A DNA stretch of 29,388 nt from Paraspadella gotoi (taxonomy: Eukaryota; Animalia; Chaetognatha), in the NCBI GenBank assembly GCA_051294375.1, contig CM119270.1:20389452-20418839 (forward strand), in the 5' to 3' direction. The position numbers and the translations under genes were made by a program. The notes below the pieces were generated by a model. That model searched no databases. It saw only the letters and a list, made by a program, of their open reading frames with translations, and had not been told where the DNA came from. This document shows, in pieces, positions 1 through 13,383 of this stretch (position 1 is its first letter; each line of letters starts with the position of its first letter).

Positions 1-1216
1 GGGGATAAAAGCGTCGATGACGACGACGACAGCAACAACAACAACGACGACGACGATGGATTATCAAGAATAATGACTTCCGTTGATTTTAGGAAAAAGG
101 CGACGTCAGCGAAGACATTAATTTTTTGAGGAAATAATTTTAATAAACTAATTAATGATTAAGGTTTAAAATAATTTTATTACAAAAAAAAATTTCGTTT
201 CAGAAATTTTTTTTTTTTTTGAGTCTCATTCACGTTCACTTTCTCATTTCACATCTCACATTCTTTACTGTCATCACTGTTTCTGTTACTGTTCCGTTAC
301 TGTTCCTCACCCTTCGCCAATCGTAAACCTCACTAAGCAGCATTGACCAGTGACCACCGTCAATTCCGTAAACCAACCCGAAAAAATGTTACGCTTCACT
401 TTTTCTAAATCTTTACCGCGAAATAAGATTCGCCACTCTTTCGACTCTACCCCTATCCTTGGCCACCTTTTGCTACCTCAACCACCTCGAAAACCCAACC
501 CCACCCCTTCGCCCACCTTACCACCTCCTCACTCCTTGGCCCACCTCCCCACCTTTCACTCTCCTTACCCAAACGAGTCAGTCACGCGGCCTCTGACCGA
601 ATCGCTNNNNNNNNNNNNNNNNNNNNNNNNNNNNNNNNNNNNNNNNNNNNTTTGTTTTGTTTTGTTTCATTTTGTGTTTTTATGTTTTTATGTTTCTATT
701 CTTTACGTTAATAAGTTTAAATAAATTTAACAGTTTTAATCAATACCTTTTCTTATATTTCTTCTCCTTTAAGTCTTGCTATCTTAAATTTCTTTTCTTT
801 CTATTCGTTTATTTCTTTTTTGTATTGTTTTTCCTAATTTTAATTTGTTTTGATACTTTTTCTGAATCTTCGTTTTTCAAAATTTTACGAGTTCGAGTTT
901 TTTTGACACAAATGATTCTCTAACCCTGACTGTGGTTTCGGTGCCGGACTCTGTTTAGTTTCTCAAATTATTTATTTTTATTTTAAGCTCTTTCATACTT
1001 AGTTGACATTTCGGTATTTCTCCTGATTATTAAGCTTTTTTTTAATCCGTTCTTATATTTTTATTCTTTTGTTATCTTTCTTTCTTTTTCGTTCTTTGAT
1101 TATCTTTCTTTTATTTTCTTTTCTATTTTATTCTCTATTCTTCTTCTTTTCTTCTCTTTTCTTTTTTCATTGTTCGTCCCGCATCTCAAATCCGCACCCA
1201 TTGACATCAGCATCGA

Positions 1217-1260
<44 letters not shown>

Positions 1261-1469
1261 TCTTCTTCTCTCTCTCTCTTCTCACTCTCTCTCTCTCAGT
1301 CTCTCTCTGCCAGTCTCTTCTCTCTTTGATTTTTTTTCTGATTCGAGCCTGATGCTCGTAACGCACTGATGTCAAATCAAGTTTTCCTCTGTTCAACTAT
1401 CATCTTATGGTTACCGATTCCAGTCTTTCTCTTTCTCCTTTATCTCTCCTCTCTCTCTCTCTCTCTCTC

Positions 1470-1507
<38 letters not shown>

Positions 1508-2149
1508 AACTCCAATTCTACAAGTTAGTCATGTCCGAACAAAAAAATCAACGCATCGTCCCGTCGTAGAAAAGATGAAAAACAATCAAATAGGGAAAAA
1601 AGATTTTAAAAAATATAATTATATAAAATTGAAAAAAAAAATCGCGTTTTTTCAATTGATGAGAATGAGAGAGAAGAGAGAATGAAGACCGGATAGAAGG
1701 AGATGAGAGAGCGTATGGAGAAGATGAGGAGAGATGAGAGAAGAGAGAAAGAAGACGAAGAGAGGACGAAGAGAGGAGAGGAGAGAGACTTCAGTTTGAT
1801 TGAACAGCAAATATATCTCCTTAATTCTCATTTATTTCCCCAGCACAATAATCATTCTTCCACACAAAAATCGCATGTCGAATTTTTGGTATGATTGGAT
1901 CCAAGAGATAAAGATGCGGTATTTAATGATTAGACCCTTACCCCTTTTGCCGCCCCCAAGCCCCCCAAACCTCCAAACCCGCCAAGCCTCCCCAATATCT
2001 ATATCTATCTCCGCAAACCGCCCCAAGCCTCCCAAACCCCAAGCCTCCCAAACCTCCCGACTTAAATCTTCAACGTAATAAGGAACCGTTCGTTTTGTTT
2101 TCTTTTTTTTTATTTAACCTTTGTTATGTCCTTCTCTTAAGATAATTGG

Positions 2150-2396
2150 AACAATCAAATTACAATTACAATTAAATTACAATTACAATCAAATTACAAT
2201 TACAATGAAATTACAATTACAATCAAATTACAATTACAATCAAATTACAAATACAATCAAATTACAATTACAATCAAATTACATTTACAATCAAATTACA
2301 ATTACAATCAAATTACAATTACAATCAAATTACAATCAAATTACAATTACAATCGAATTACAATTACAATCAAATTATATTACAATCAAATAACAA
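2150..2396 (+). repeat. (AATTAC)n/CAATCAAATTA simple satellite
   Basis: Direct reading of tandem ATTACA units interrupted by ATCAA. Confidence 0.93.
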
Positions 2397-2607
2397 TTTT
2401 CTCGCCCCGGATTTTAGAAAGGCTATAAAGGGTGGAGTTCCTCATTCCTTTTACAATATCATTTATGGAATTAAAAATAATATATAATTAATTCCACTTT
2501 AGGTTTTACTTATTCAGTTAAGCATTTGCTTTTTCTCCCCCTTCCACATTTTCCGTTCTCTCCTTTTACCTAAGCCAAATTAATAATTCAGGCCGGCTCC
2601 TTTTTGG

Positions 2608-2651
<44 letters not shown>
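2608..2651 (+). repeat. (GTC)n microsatellite (another at ~4984-5017)
   Basis: Direct reading. Confidence 0.93.
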
Positions 2652-4982
2652 TGTTTATCCCGCGGATTTCCTTCGATTGTCGTTGTATTTCACAAACGCG
2701 AGATTCGTCCCATCGTCGCATCTAAAGCCAAACGAAGGGAAAAAGGAAAAANNNNNNNNNNNNNNNNNNNNNNNNNNNNNNNNNNNNNNNNNNNNNNNNN
2801 NNNNNNNNNNNNNNNNNNNNNNNNNNNNNNNNNNNNNNNNNNNNNNNNNNNNNNNNNNNNNNNNNNNNNNNNNNNNNNNNNNNNNNNNNNNNNNNNNNNN
2901 NNNNNNNNNNNNNNNNNNNNNNNNNNNNNNNNNNNNNNNNNNNNNNNNNNNNNNNNNNNNNNNNNNNNNNNNNNNNNNNNNNNNNNNNNNNNNNNNNNNN
3001 NNNNNNNNNNNNCCAAAGCTTTCTTGTTTCCTGTGAGTTTATTGGATATTTATACGAATCTAACTATGTGCTAAAGTACTATTACCTTCTCTAGTATTTT
3101 TTTAAACAATTTTGATAGTCGTTTTCTTATTATTTTGGTTTTCGTTTTCAATTTTAAGCTTCTTCTAAGGTATCTTTTGTTTTTCCCTCGAATTATAAAA
3201 GTTTGTCTGAATGACTAGCGTCACCTTGCGAACTTTGGAAGAGTCGCCGAAAACAAATGACAGGAGTGGACATTTGAATTACTTATGATTTTATGTTAAT
3301 CGGTAGTTACTGTTTTTTATTATATTTATTCGTTCAATTATTTTCAAAAATATTGTTTACTAAAGTGTAATATTTTATAGCTTGAAAGTTGAAATCGGAA
3401 TTAGTACATATTTATATTAACAATTTATGAGTTTTATTGTGACAAGACCAGAAAGAAAAAAAAGATTATTTCTCAAAAACTTTCATTTTCTTATCGTAAT
3501 GAATAATTTCTTTCTTCTATGAATCACTTTTTTCGTCCTATTTTCTGTATTTTATTTCATTGGTATTTGCCAAAATGAACCCATAAACCAAAACCATTTA
3601 ATATAACATTAGTTGCAGGTGTTATTATAAAACCTATCAAGCACATACGAGCGAAAAGGAGTCGCTAAACATTGTTTGTAAAAAGCGCGTAAAAACCTTT
3701 CAGATATATGAGCTCTGAAGTCGGTAAACAGCAAGCCGACGCGTCTACTGCGTCGACGAAGCTGCAGTCGGCGCGTCGGCCGCTGCACTTTCAAGCAGCT
3801 CTCGCCGCGTCGGCCGCTGCACCGGCAAGCCGCTCTCGGCGCCTCAGCCGCTGCACCGGCATTTGCGTCTTATCGTATTGGCGACTGGTTTTGACGTCGC
3901 TAAATCGAGTCGACGCCATCTAACGTATTAAGTCGGAAATTGGTTTTCATTGTCGTCCTCGTTGCAGCAAGTTCTTTCGCCACTTCTTAAATCGCACGCT
4001 ATTTCCGGCGACTCTGAAATGGTATTATCATTATATTATATTATTAAATCAATTTACATATTGCCGTCACTAGATAAATTGCCACGACTTCAAAGTCGCA
4101 CCTGTGACGTCGCTTCTTTGACACTCCATTAGCGGCGCGCCGGCGCTCCTTAAAAGGCGCCCTTTTCTTTCGGCGGCGCCCTTTTCGTTTCGCCGGCGCT
4201 CTTTTTTTTTTTAAAAAAAGGATTTCGTTATCCGAAGGCCAAGGAACTCTTTTTACAGCTGCGCCTCTTGAGAGGTTCAAAGGTGGAGAAGCTTTATTGG
4301 GGGAGAGACTATGGGGCGAAAAGGGTGAAGGAGAGGAAAAAAGTGATATTTTAATATCACCCGTGATACGTGATCATATAGTGAGTGAAAATCGATACGT
4401 GAGTCTTTAGTATGATAACGTTAAAGTAGGAAAAATATTATCACAAATAGAATTGCTTGAATCATTTACAGAAAAGAATTATTGCTTCTTTAATAAAAGA
4501 TGTTATTACTTTTCTCACTTTTTTCTTATTGCGAAGATTAATTTTCTTTTTATATCTGGGATTTTTTTTTTTTTTTTTCTTTTGGAAAGATTTCCCATGG
4601 GAGAAAAAACGGTTTTGATTATATTGAACTAACCTGCGCATATTATTTCTCTCTCTCTCTCTCTTCTCTCCTCTCCTCTCTCTCTCTCTGCTCTCTCTTC
4701 TCTGCTCTCTCTCTCTCTCTCATCTCGCTCTCTCCTCTCTCTCTCTCTCCTCGGTCTTTCCAAAATGAAACCTTTTAAAGGGGATAAGAAAAAGAAGTTT
4801 GAGCAAAAATTATAGAGACAAATTGATAACTGAAAATATTATTTAAAAAAACAAAACAAAACAAAGAAAGAATTTGTTTAAAAAGAAAGAAAAAAATATG
4901 ATTAGGAAAAAAAAAAAACTGAGGCGAAAATGGAAGCAATAACCAAAACGTCACCAACAGAAAATTTCTTCTTTACGAGTTT

Positions 4983-5017
<35 letters not shown>

Positions 5018-5210
5018 TTCTTCTTTTATCTTAGCTAACCCATCGTTCTAAAATTGTAATTATTAATAGGTTTTTCAATTTCTATTTTTTATACATATAT
5101 AATTTTTTCATCACACTTTCCATACAAATTCCATACGAATCAAAACGCCCGCCAAAAAAAAAACAAAGAAAAGTAAGTTACAATCCCGCCCATTACCCTC
5201 CCTTACCCAG

Positions 5211-5465
5211 CTGCGCCTTCGGATGGCAAGGCGACCTCTGTGACCAGTGCATCCCTTACCCCGGCTGCCAACACGGTTCCTGCGCCGGCTCACCCTGGAA
5301 ATGCGTCTGCGAAGAAAACTGGGGAGGTCTGCTGTGCGACGAGGACCTGAACCCCTGCAAGGAGAACCCCTGCCTCAACCGGGGCCACTGCAAGAATCTG
5401 GATCAGCGGGAAAATACCAGTGTCCCTCTGTCAGGAGGGATTCGCTGGGACCAATTGCGAGACGC
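5211..5465 (+). CDS. Ser/JAG: Serrate/Jagged exon: end of EGF1, EGF2, EGF3 (two apparent indels)
   Basis: cccag acceptor at 5209-10. Encodes [62 protein letters not shown], then shifts frame to GKYQC and again to [12 protein letters not shown]. Donor gtgag at 5466, phase 1. Confidence 0.93.
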
Positions 5466-8400
5466 GTGAGTTTTTGGGGGAAATGGAGGGGGGGGAGGGG
5501 AAGGGAGGGAGGGATGGAGGAGGGGAAGGGAGGGAGGGGATGGGAGGAGGGGAAGGAAAGGGATGGGGGAGGGAAGGGGATGGGAAAAGTGAGGGAAGGG
5601 AAGCACAGTGTACACACCGTGGAAAGTCGAGCATCACTTTAGCGATTTCTATTTGATTTGACAAATAGTCTTGGTCTTGTAAATTCCTTGCCATTTCTTA
5701 TTGAAAGCTTATTTCGTTTTTTTGTCGTAGTAGCGGAAGTTATTATTTTCATCTCTTGCGGATCAAATGAATGTTTTGATTGCTGGTTTGGTGTACCACA
5801 ACATTATATCACGTCAGAAATAACTAATTTTGTTATAAAAACTATATATTTTTAATAATACAATTCAACAGCTCTTTCGCTAAGGTTCTTTGACATATTA
5901 GTTTTATTATTTGTGAATGAAAAGTTGGCAATAGCAGTGGCATTAAGTTGGCAAAGTGATTAAGAATGAATGAGCACTCCAGGATTTTCCTTAGTCAGCT
6001 TTTAAGTTTCGGATATTTGGGATCATCGAAATTTAACTTCAACAAGGCATTCAATGGTTGGGGTGGTTTGAGACATAACCCCTGTTTGCGTTTTTTGCGG
6101 TTTTTATCGTTTAGAAAGAAACTGACTTGCAAGTAGACGAGTTTAATGTAATTCAAATTTTTATTTTCTATATAAAATTATATAAGGAAGTTCGGAAGGC
6201 GAACGCAGAGAAGAGAGAGAAAAGAGAGAGAAGAAAGAGAGAGAGAATGAGAGATAGAGAGAGAGAGAACGACCCCCGAGAGAGGAGAATAGAGATGGGC
6301 GTAAGCTACACCGCTGCTCGCCTTCTTCCTCCTGCACTCCAACGAGAAGAGAAAGAGAGCGAACGAGCACGCCAGCACCGCAGAGACGAGACGACCCCGA
6401 CGCCCAGAGAGCACGACCCCCCCCACCCCCACCACCCAACGAGCCGACGACGAACAGAGCCGCAGGAGAGAAGAGAGAGGAGAGAAAAAAAAAAAAGAAG
6501 AGAAGGAAAGGAGATTCGAAACCTTTAAGCCTCTGCTTTTGGAATAATATTAAGAGAAAGAAAGAGAGAAAAGGAGAAAAGAGAGAGAGAGAGAGAGAAG
6601 AGAGAAACTAAGCACCACCCCTCCTCCAGCACGACGCGATCCTTGCCACCTGATAACCAAATATTGGGTGCGATGATTAACCAATGATTGATGTCGATGA
6701 TAACCGATATTGAATGCGAATACTAACCATAATTGATGCGAATATAAACCATGAATGATCGATTTTTTAGATTACAAATGATTGATGTGATAAAACAATA
6801 TGGTTGATGCAATGATGAGCATTCATGTGATGTGAATGAAATCTTCATTGATAAGATGATGTCTCCTTGCGATAGTCGACATTCGCTGCGAATAAGCTAT
6901 CATCGATCACTCCATAACATCATACAACCACGCAAATGTGGGCGTGTTGATGTGAAAGATAGAGGATAAGAGAGAAGAGAGACTTGGAAAGAGTAGAGAG
7001 AAAGACGCTGAAACCTAACTCCCACGACTCTCGATCCTATTTGGTTTTCGATTGACGAACAAACGCGACAATAAAGCTGGCGATAACTAACAGTTTTTAA
7101 AAGGAAAAAATATCTCATTCTTTAAACACACGGACTCCACCGCAAGTCGACCAGAAGAGAGAGACAGAAAGAGAAAGACAGAAGAAAACAGAGATCACGC
7201 CTGGACGCCCCGTCTGAGCCACAGGCAGCTGACCACCAGCTCACTGCACCGAGCCTGAACTTGTTTTTAAACGCGTTCTAGAAAACCGCAGCAACTGACA
7301 AATAGAAGAAAATCCTCTCTATATCATACCCTCTCCTAAAGAATAAAGAAAACATGACACATGTACAAGCGCACATTTTTTACATTTTTTGTCAATGTGA
7401 TCCTTTCTTAAAATTTCTACGCGTCAAAAATCTTCTCTCTATACCTCTCTTGCAGTTATTAATAAAAACACTTTGACCGCTCCCCCACTTCTACTCTCAA
7501 CTTCGCATCCCACTCTGCCTTAGTTTATATTTTTAAGAAATGAAGAATAAAAAAAAAATCTTATGGAAACTTACATGTTATAGAGATAGCATATTAATTA
7601 GATATGCAATTCTAACATAAAACCATAATAGTTGAAGATCTATCAAGCAAAATGAAAAGTGGTAGTACGGAATTACTTTTCGACATCAAACAAGGTTCGC
7701 AAGGATAAAGCTTTTTGCTAATGATGATAAAAATCAACAAATTATTGGAGGTGGGTGGTTGGTGGCTTAATGCATAGAAAATAGCGCGGAGATTCGCTGT
7801 CCACCTACTATGGCTTCATATGTAGTGGTATCAGGTGGGTAGCGAGCTGTATGAAATTTTCTGCTGTCCCACCTTAAACTATGGCTTCATAGTGTAGTGG
7901 TACAGGTGGGGTAGCGAGGCTGTATGAAATTTTCTGCTGTACTTACTATGGCTTCATAGTGTAGTGGTACAGGTGGGTAGCGAGGCTGTAATGAAATTGT
8001 TGTCTGTCCGACTTATAGCTTCATATGTAGTGTTAGCGGTGGGTAGCGAGGCTGTATGAAATTTTCTGCTGTCCACACTACTAATGGCTTCCACTCAGCT
8101 GTGTGGTTAAGGTGGGTATCCCGCGAGCTGTTGAAATTTCTGCTGTCCACCTTACATGCGTTCTCACGTGTAGTGCGATTAACAGTGTCGGATCACGCGC
8201 AAGGCCGTCATATGCAACCTCTCCTTCGCTCCACCTTCTCCACACGGCTCTCATAGCTGTACGTGCCGTCGCGTCGCGCCTAGCGAGGCCGTATGAACTT
8301 TTCTCGCCTGTCACTACCCTCGGCTTCAATAGTGTAGTGGTTAAGTGGTAGAGGCTGTGAATAATTTTCTGCTGTCACGCTTACTATGGCTTCATAGTGT

Positions 8401-11400
8401 AGTGGTTAGGTGGGTGCGGAGGCTGTATGAAATTTTCTGCTGCCACGCTTACTAATTAGGTTCATAGTGTAGTGGTCTCTACCAGGTGGGTAGTGAGGCT
8501 GCCTATGAAATTTCCTGCTGGTCCACCTCTAATATGCGCTTCATAGATGTAGTGGTTACAGGTGGGTAAGCGAGCCTGCTATGAAATTCTTCTGCGTCAC
8601 CTTACTATGGCTTATAGTGGTAGGTGTTACAAGGTGGGTATCGGCGAGCTGTAATGAAATTTTCTGCTGTCACCTTACTATGGCTTAAGTGTAGTGGTTT
8701 ACAGGTGGGTAGCGAGGCTGTATGATGTTCTGCTGTCCACTTATATGGCTATCATAGTGTAGTGGTTAAGGTGGGTAAGCGAGGCTGTAATGAAAATTTT
8801 CTGCTGTGCACGCTTACATGGTTCATAGTGTAGTGGTTACAGGTGGTAGGCCGAGGGCCCCGCATACTGCCCACACCTCTTCTCGCTCGTCCCCTACCTA
8901 CCCCATGGCTCATAGTGTAGTGGTTAGGTGGGTTACTGAGGCGTATAAAGATTTCGCTGTCCACTATATAGGCTTTCATAGTGTTAGTGGTTACAGGTGG
9001 TAGCGAGGCTGTATGAAATTTTCTTGCTGTCCACCTTACTATGCTTCAAGTGTAGTGGTTAACGGTGGGGTAGCGAGGCTGTATGAATTTTCTGCTGTCC
9101 ACACTTACTATGGCTTCATAGTGTACGTGGTTACAGGTGGGTAGCGGGCTGTCATAAATTTTCTGTGCACCCTACATATGGCTTCATAGTGGTAGTGTTA
9201 CAGGGTGGGTAGCGGGCTGTTATGAAATGTTCTGCTGTCCACCTTCTAGGTTCATAGTGTAGTGGGTTACAGGTGTAGCGAGGCTGTAATGAAATTTGCT
9301 GGCTGTCCACCTTACTTATGGCTTCAATGTGTAGTTGGTACAGTGGGTAGGGAGGCTGTATGAAATTATTCTGCTGTCCACTCTTACTATGGCTTCATAG
9401 TGTAGTGGTTACAGGTGGGTAGCGAGGACGTGTATGAATTGTCTGCTGTCCACCTTAGCTTATAGGTGTTACAGTGTAGGTGTAGAATTTTGCTTGTCTA
9501 CTAGGCTTCATAGGAGTGTCGTGTAGCGAGGACTTGTATGAATTTTCTGGCTGTCCACCTACTATGGTTCCATAGTGTTAGTGGTTTACAGGTCGGCCTA
9601 GCGAGCGTATGAAATTTTCTGCTGTCACACCCTACTCATGCCTTCCATAGCTGTGTGCGCCTCTACAGGGGCCCTCGCGCGTACGGCGACCCTGATCCCC
9701 ACCTTCCGCTGTCCTGCCCCCACACGGTCTCATCTCCCTCGCGCTCCCGCATGGCCTCCCGGCCGCCGACTCTTGTAACTACTATGGCTTCATAGTGTAG
9801 TGGTTAAGATCAGGTCGAATTTGCGTCTACGATGCTTTAAGGGTAGGTCACTGGTACATGATAAATTTTTCGCTGTCCGCCTTACGTACTAGGCTTTCAT
9901 AGTGTAGTGGTTACAGGTGGGTACGAGGCTGTAATGAATTTTCTGCTGTCCACCTTAGCTATGGTTCATAGTGTAGTGGTTACAGGTGGGTAGCGAGGCT
10001 GTATGAAATTTCTTGCTGTCCCTTACTATGGTTCAATCAGTTTGGTAAGTGGTTACAGGTGGGTAGCGAGGCTGAGTATGAAATTTTCTGCTGTCCATTA
10101 CTATGGTTTATTAGGTGGTGAGTGGTTAAGGTGGGTAAGCGAGGCTGTATGAATATTTTCTGCTGNNNNNNNNNNNNNNNNNNNNNNNNNCCTTCCAGCC
10201 GACAAAGCCTGCGCTTCTTCCCCTTGCTTCAACGGAGGCACGTGCCTCGAACTCGATTCCGACGGCCGACAATTCGTCTGCAATTGTCCGCCAGGATTCG
10301 GCGGGAGTCATTGTCAGATCAACCATGACGATTGTCTCAGTCAGCCCTGTCTCAATGGGTGAGTTATTGTCATTGTCATTGTCAGATCAACCATGACGAT
10401 TGTCTCAGTCAGCCCTGTCTCAATGTAATACGTTTTATTTGTTTACAGGTTAAGAATGTTATATTTTTCGTTTAAAATTGAATCTTTACATTTTACTATT
10501 TTAAATTTCCTTCCTGTCTTTGTTCGTCATTGGATCGGTTGCCTTCTGACGACTAATGCAGTTTACTATGTATTTTTTAAATATTTAAAAATAGAACAAA
10601 AAACCTTTTCTCCTCGACTCAATATAAAAGTAAGTTTATTTCTTGATTTTCCGCCATTTTTTTTCCCTCCCATGAAAAGTTGAAAATCTAAAAGTTTTAA
10701 GGAAAGAAAAAGTGAAACCGAAAAGCGGAAATCAATTGAAAAGACGTCCACCTTTTTTGTTTTTTTATCTTTGTTTTATTTTAATTTTCTTTTTGTTTTT
10801 TTTTCGCTGTTTCGCTTTTACCTCCTTTCTTTTTTGGTTTACCTTTGTTTTTCTCTTCTTTATTATTTGTTTCCTCTTTTTTTTTTCCTTCCTTCTTTTC
10901 TCTTCCTTTTCATGACTTTTCTTTTTTCAACCTTCACCTTTTTCTCCACTAAATTTTTCTTTTTCTTTCTCATTTAATATTAATTTATCTGATCCAGATC
11001 ATTGCGCGACGAGATGTCGTGAATCAAGTTACAGAAAAAAAAATATAAAACTAACATATAACCTCGTTTAATAAAATATTGATGCATAATTCGTCCAAAA
11101 AAAAAGAAATTTCTCTCTTTAATGTAAATTTTCTTTTCATCACAAACGCAAGCAAGCAGGAGGAAAGCAATAAAAAATATTCTATTCTCGAATCTAGTGT
11201 TACCAATATTCCCCCCCCATGCTTTCTCTCTCTCCAGCGGGTCATGCACTGACCTGGTCAACGGTTACCACTGCACATGCGCCCCCCAGTGGGAAGGACG
11301 AGATTGCGAACGCGACGCCAACGAATGCGCTGGAAGTCCGTGTGTCAATGCACGTGCGTGCACCAACGTGGACGGGGATTATACGTGCGAGTGCGAATTC

Positions 11401-13346
11401 GGCTGGACGGGGAAGAACTGCGATATAAGTGAGTCTCTCTCCTTCTCTCTCTCTCTTTACTCTCAAGCTTAATCTCCTTTCGATTATTAATCTAAATCTA
11501 AATATCCAAATTTAAACATGAATAATAATTACAAATCTAAATCTAAATCCCAACATCAAATGTAAATCCGAACATCTCATATAAACGAAAATCCTAATAT
11601 CAAATTTAAATCTAAATTTGCAAATCAAATCCAAATCTCAATCCTGAATCCTAATCTAAACCTGAATACTTACTCCTGATCTAAACCTCAATCCTGAATC
11701 CTAATCTAAACCTGAATACTTAATCCTAATCTAAACCTGAATACTTAATCCAAATCTGAATGTAAATCTAAGTCTTATACTAAATTTAAATCTAAATCTA
11801 AACCAGAAAACGTGATTTTTGAAAGCATCAGTTAATTTCTCATTTTCTTCTCACAGATGCCAAGGATTGTCACGGCCAATGCAAGAACGGCGCCACCTGC
11901 GTGGATCTCATCAACAGTTATCATTGCATCTGTCCATCGGGTGAGAGTTGAGAGGTTTTAATGAGGAAATAGAAGAAAAGAAAAGAAAAGAAAAGAAAAG
12001 AAAAGAAAAAAAGAAAGGAAGAAAAAAGGAAAAGAAGAAAAGAAAAGAAAAGAAAAGAAAAAGAAAAGAAAAAAAGAAAAGAAAAGAAAAGAAAAGAAAG
12101 AAAGAAAAAGAAAACATCCCTCTCCCAATTCACTTTTTCCCTCCAGGATTCACGGGTCGTGAATGTGAGACGAACGTGAACGAATGTTCATCGTCTCCTT
12201 GTCTCAATGGAGGCGACTGCATCGATCTCATCGCGGGATTCGAATGCATCTGTCCGAGAGGATTCGACGGCGACAGATGCCAGGTGTGGCAGATGTTGGC
12301 TAACCAATCCTTGCAAATTGAAGAAAACAATTCGCATTTTGAACCATTCCGACAATAATTTTTTTTATAGAAAGGTTTTTTTTTATACCAAAAACAGTAG
12401 TAACAAAGACAGAATTTAAAACAAACATTCTAAGATAATGCGTAAAGAAATATATATATATTTTTTTTCAATAACAACGTAAAAAGATTTTTTTTTATTA
12501 AATAAAATAATTAAAACAGAGATTCCAAAACAAAATTTTTTTTTAAATTCAGTGTAAAAGACTAGAAAACAGTAAAACTAAACTATTAAAATTCAACAAA
12601 AGCAAAAGACACTCACGATGAAATGGAACTGTCAAAAATTTTTACCCTCCCAACACGTTTTCTTTTAAATATACATTTTTTATATATTAAGACTTGTGAT
12701 TGTAATAGTTATTATATTTTTTATTGTTCTATAATAATTTTTAATTTCTTTTTGATTTAGGCAAGTCAATTTGATAAATAGGTTGTAAAAAATCCCGATC
12801 AAATTTAACTATCGTTTTAATCAACTTTTAATATCGAACGAGGTTTTAAAAACATTTGCTGCAATATGCAAATGAGATTTTTGCGTCTCCCTTCTTTTAG
12901 ACGGATGTTGATCTCTGCGACCCGAACCCTTGCGGCGCCGGCGCCCGATGCTTCAACGTCCTTCACGACTTCTACTGTCACTGTCCGGACGGATTCACGG
13001 GCAAAGACTGTCGTACGCGCGTCACGGACTGCAAAACGCGGGCCTGTCAACGTAAGTGTGAACGAACGATACCCAGGAAAATCGCCCGACGTTGTGTTTG
13101 ATCTGAGCAAAAGACAAACAGTGTGGCTTTGGCACAGTGGATTTGGAGAGGTGCGGAAATGTTTATGGTCGCTGTGGATGGAGCGAAAGTAAACGAATTT
13201 TTTTGCGATCGTTATTTAACCCTTTCGCCCTCTTCAACCTTCCCCCTCTCTCTCTCTCTTGTCTTTCTTCTTTTCTTTTCTTCTCTCTTCTCCTCTCTCT
13301 CTCTCTCTCTCTCTCTCCTCTCTCTCTGTCTCTCTCTCTTTCTCTT

Positions 13347-13383
<37 letters not shown>

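Noticed and set aside
657-2393. Leu/Ser-, Arg/Glu-, Phe- and Gln/Asn-rich ORFs
   Set aside because: Products of (CT)n, (GA)n, T-rich and (AATTAC)n simple repeats; the same applies to similar ORFs throughout the window.
7880-7900. Satellite AGTGTAGT matching the U2 branch-point-pairing region
   Set aside because: Only an 8-nt match, better explained by the tRNA A-box resemblance.
7795-10165. CRISPR-like array or hammerhead-ribozyme satellite
   Set aside because: No unique spacers, eukaryotic intron context, and no CUGANGA...GAAA core in the consensus on either strand.
11848-11856. Su(H)/CSL site (TGTGAGAA on - strand)
   Set aside because: Coincides with the splice-acceptor pyrimidine tract and is not paired or clustered.
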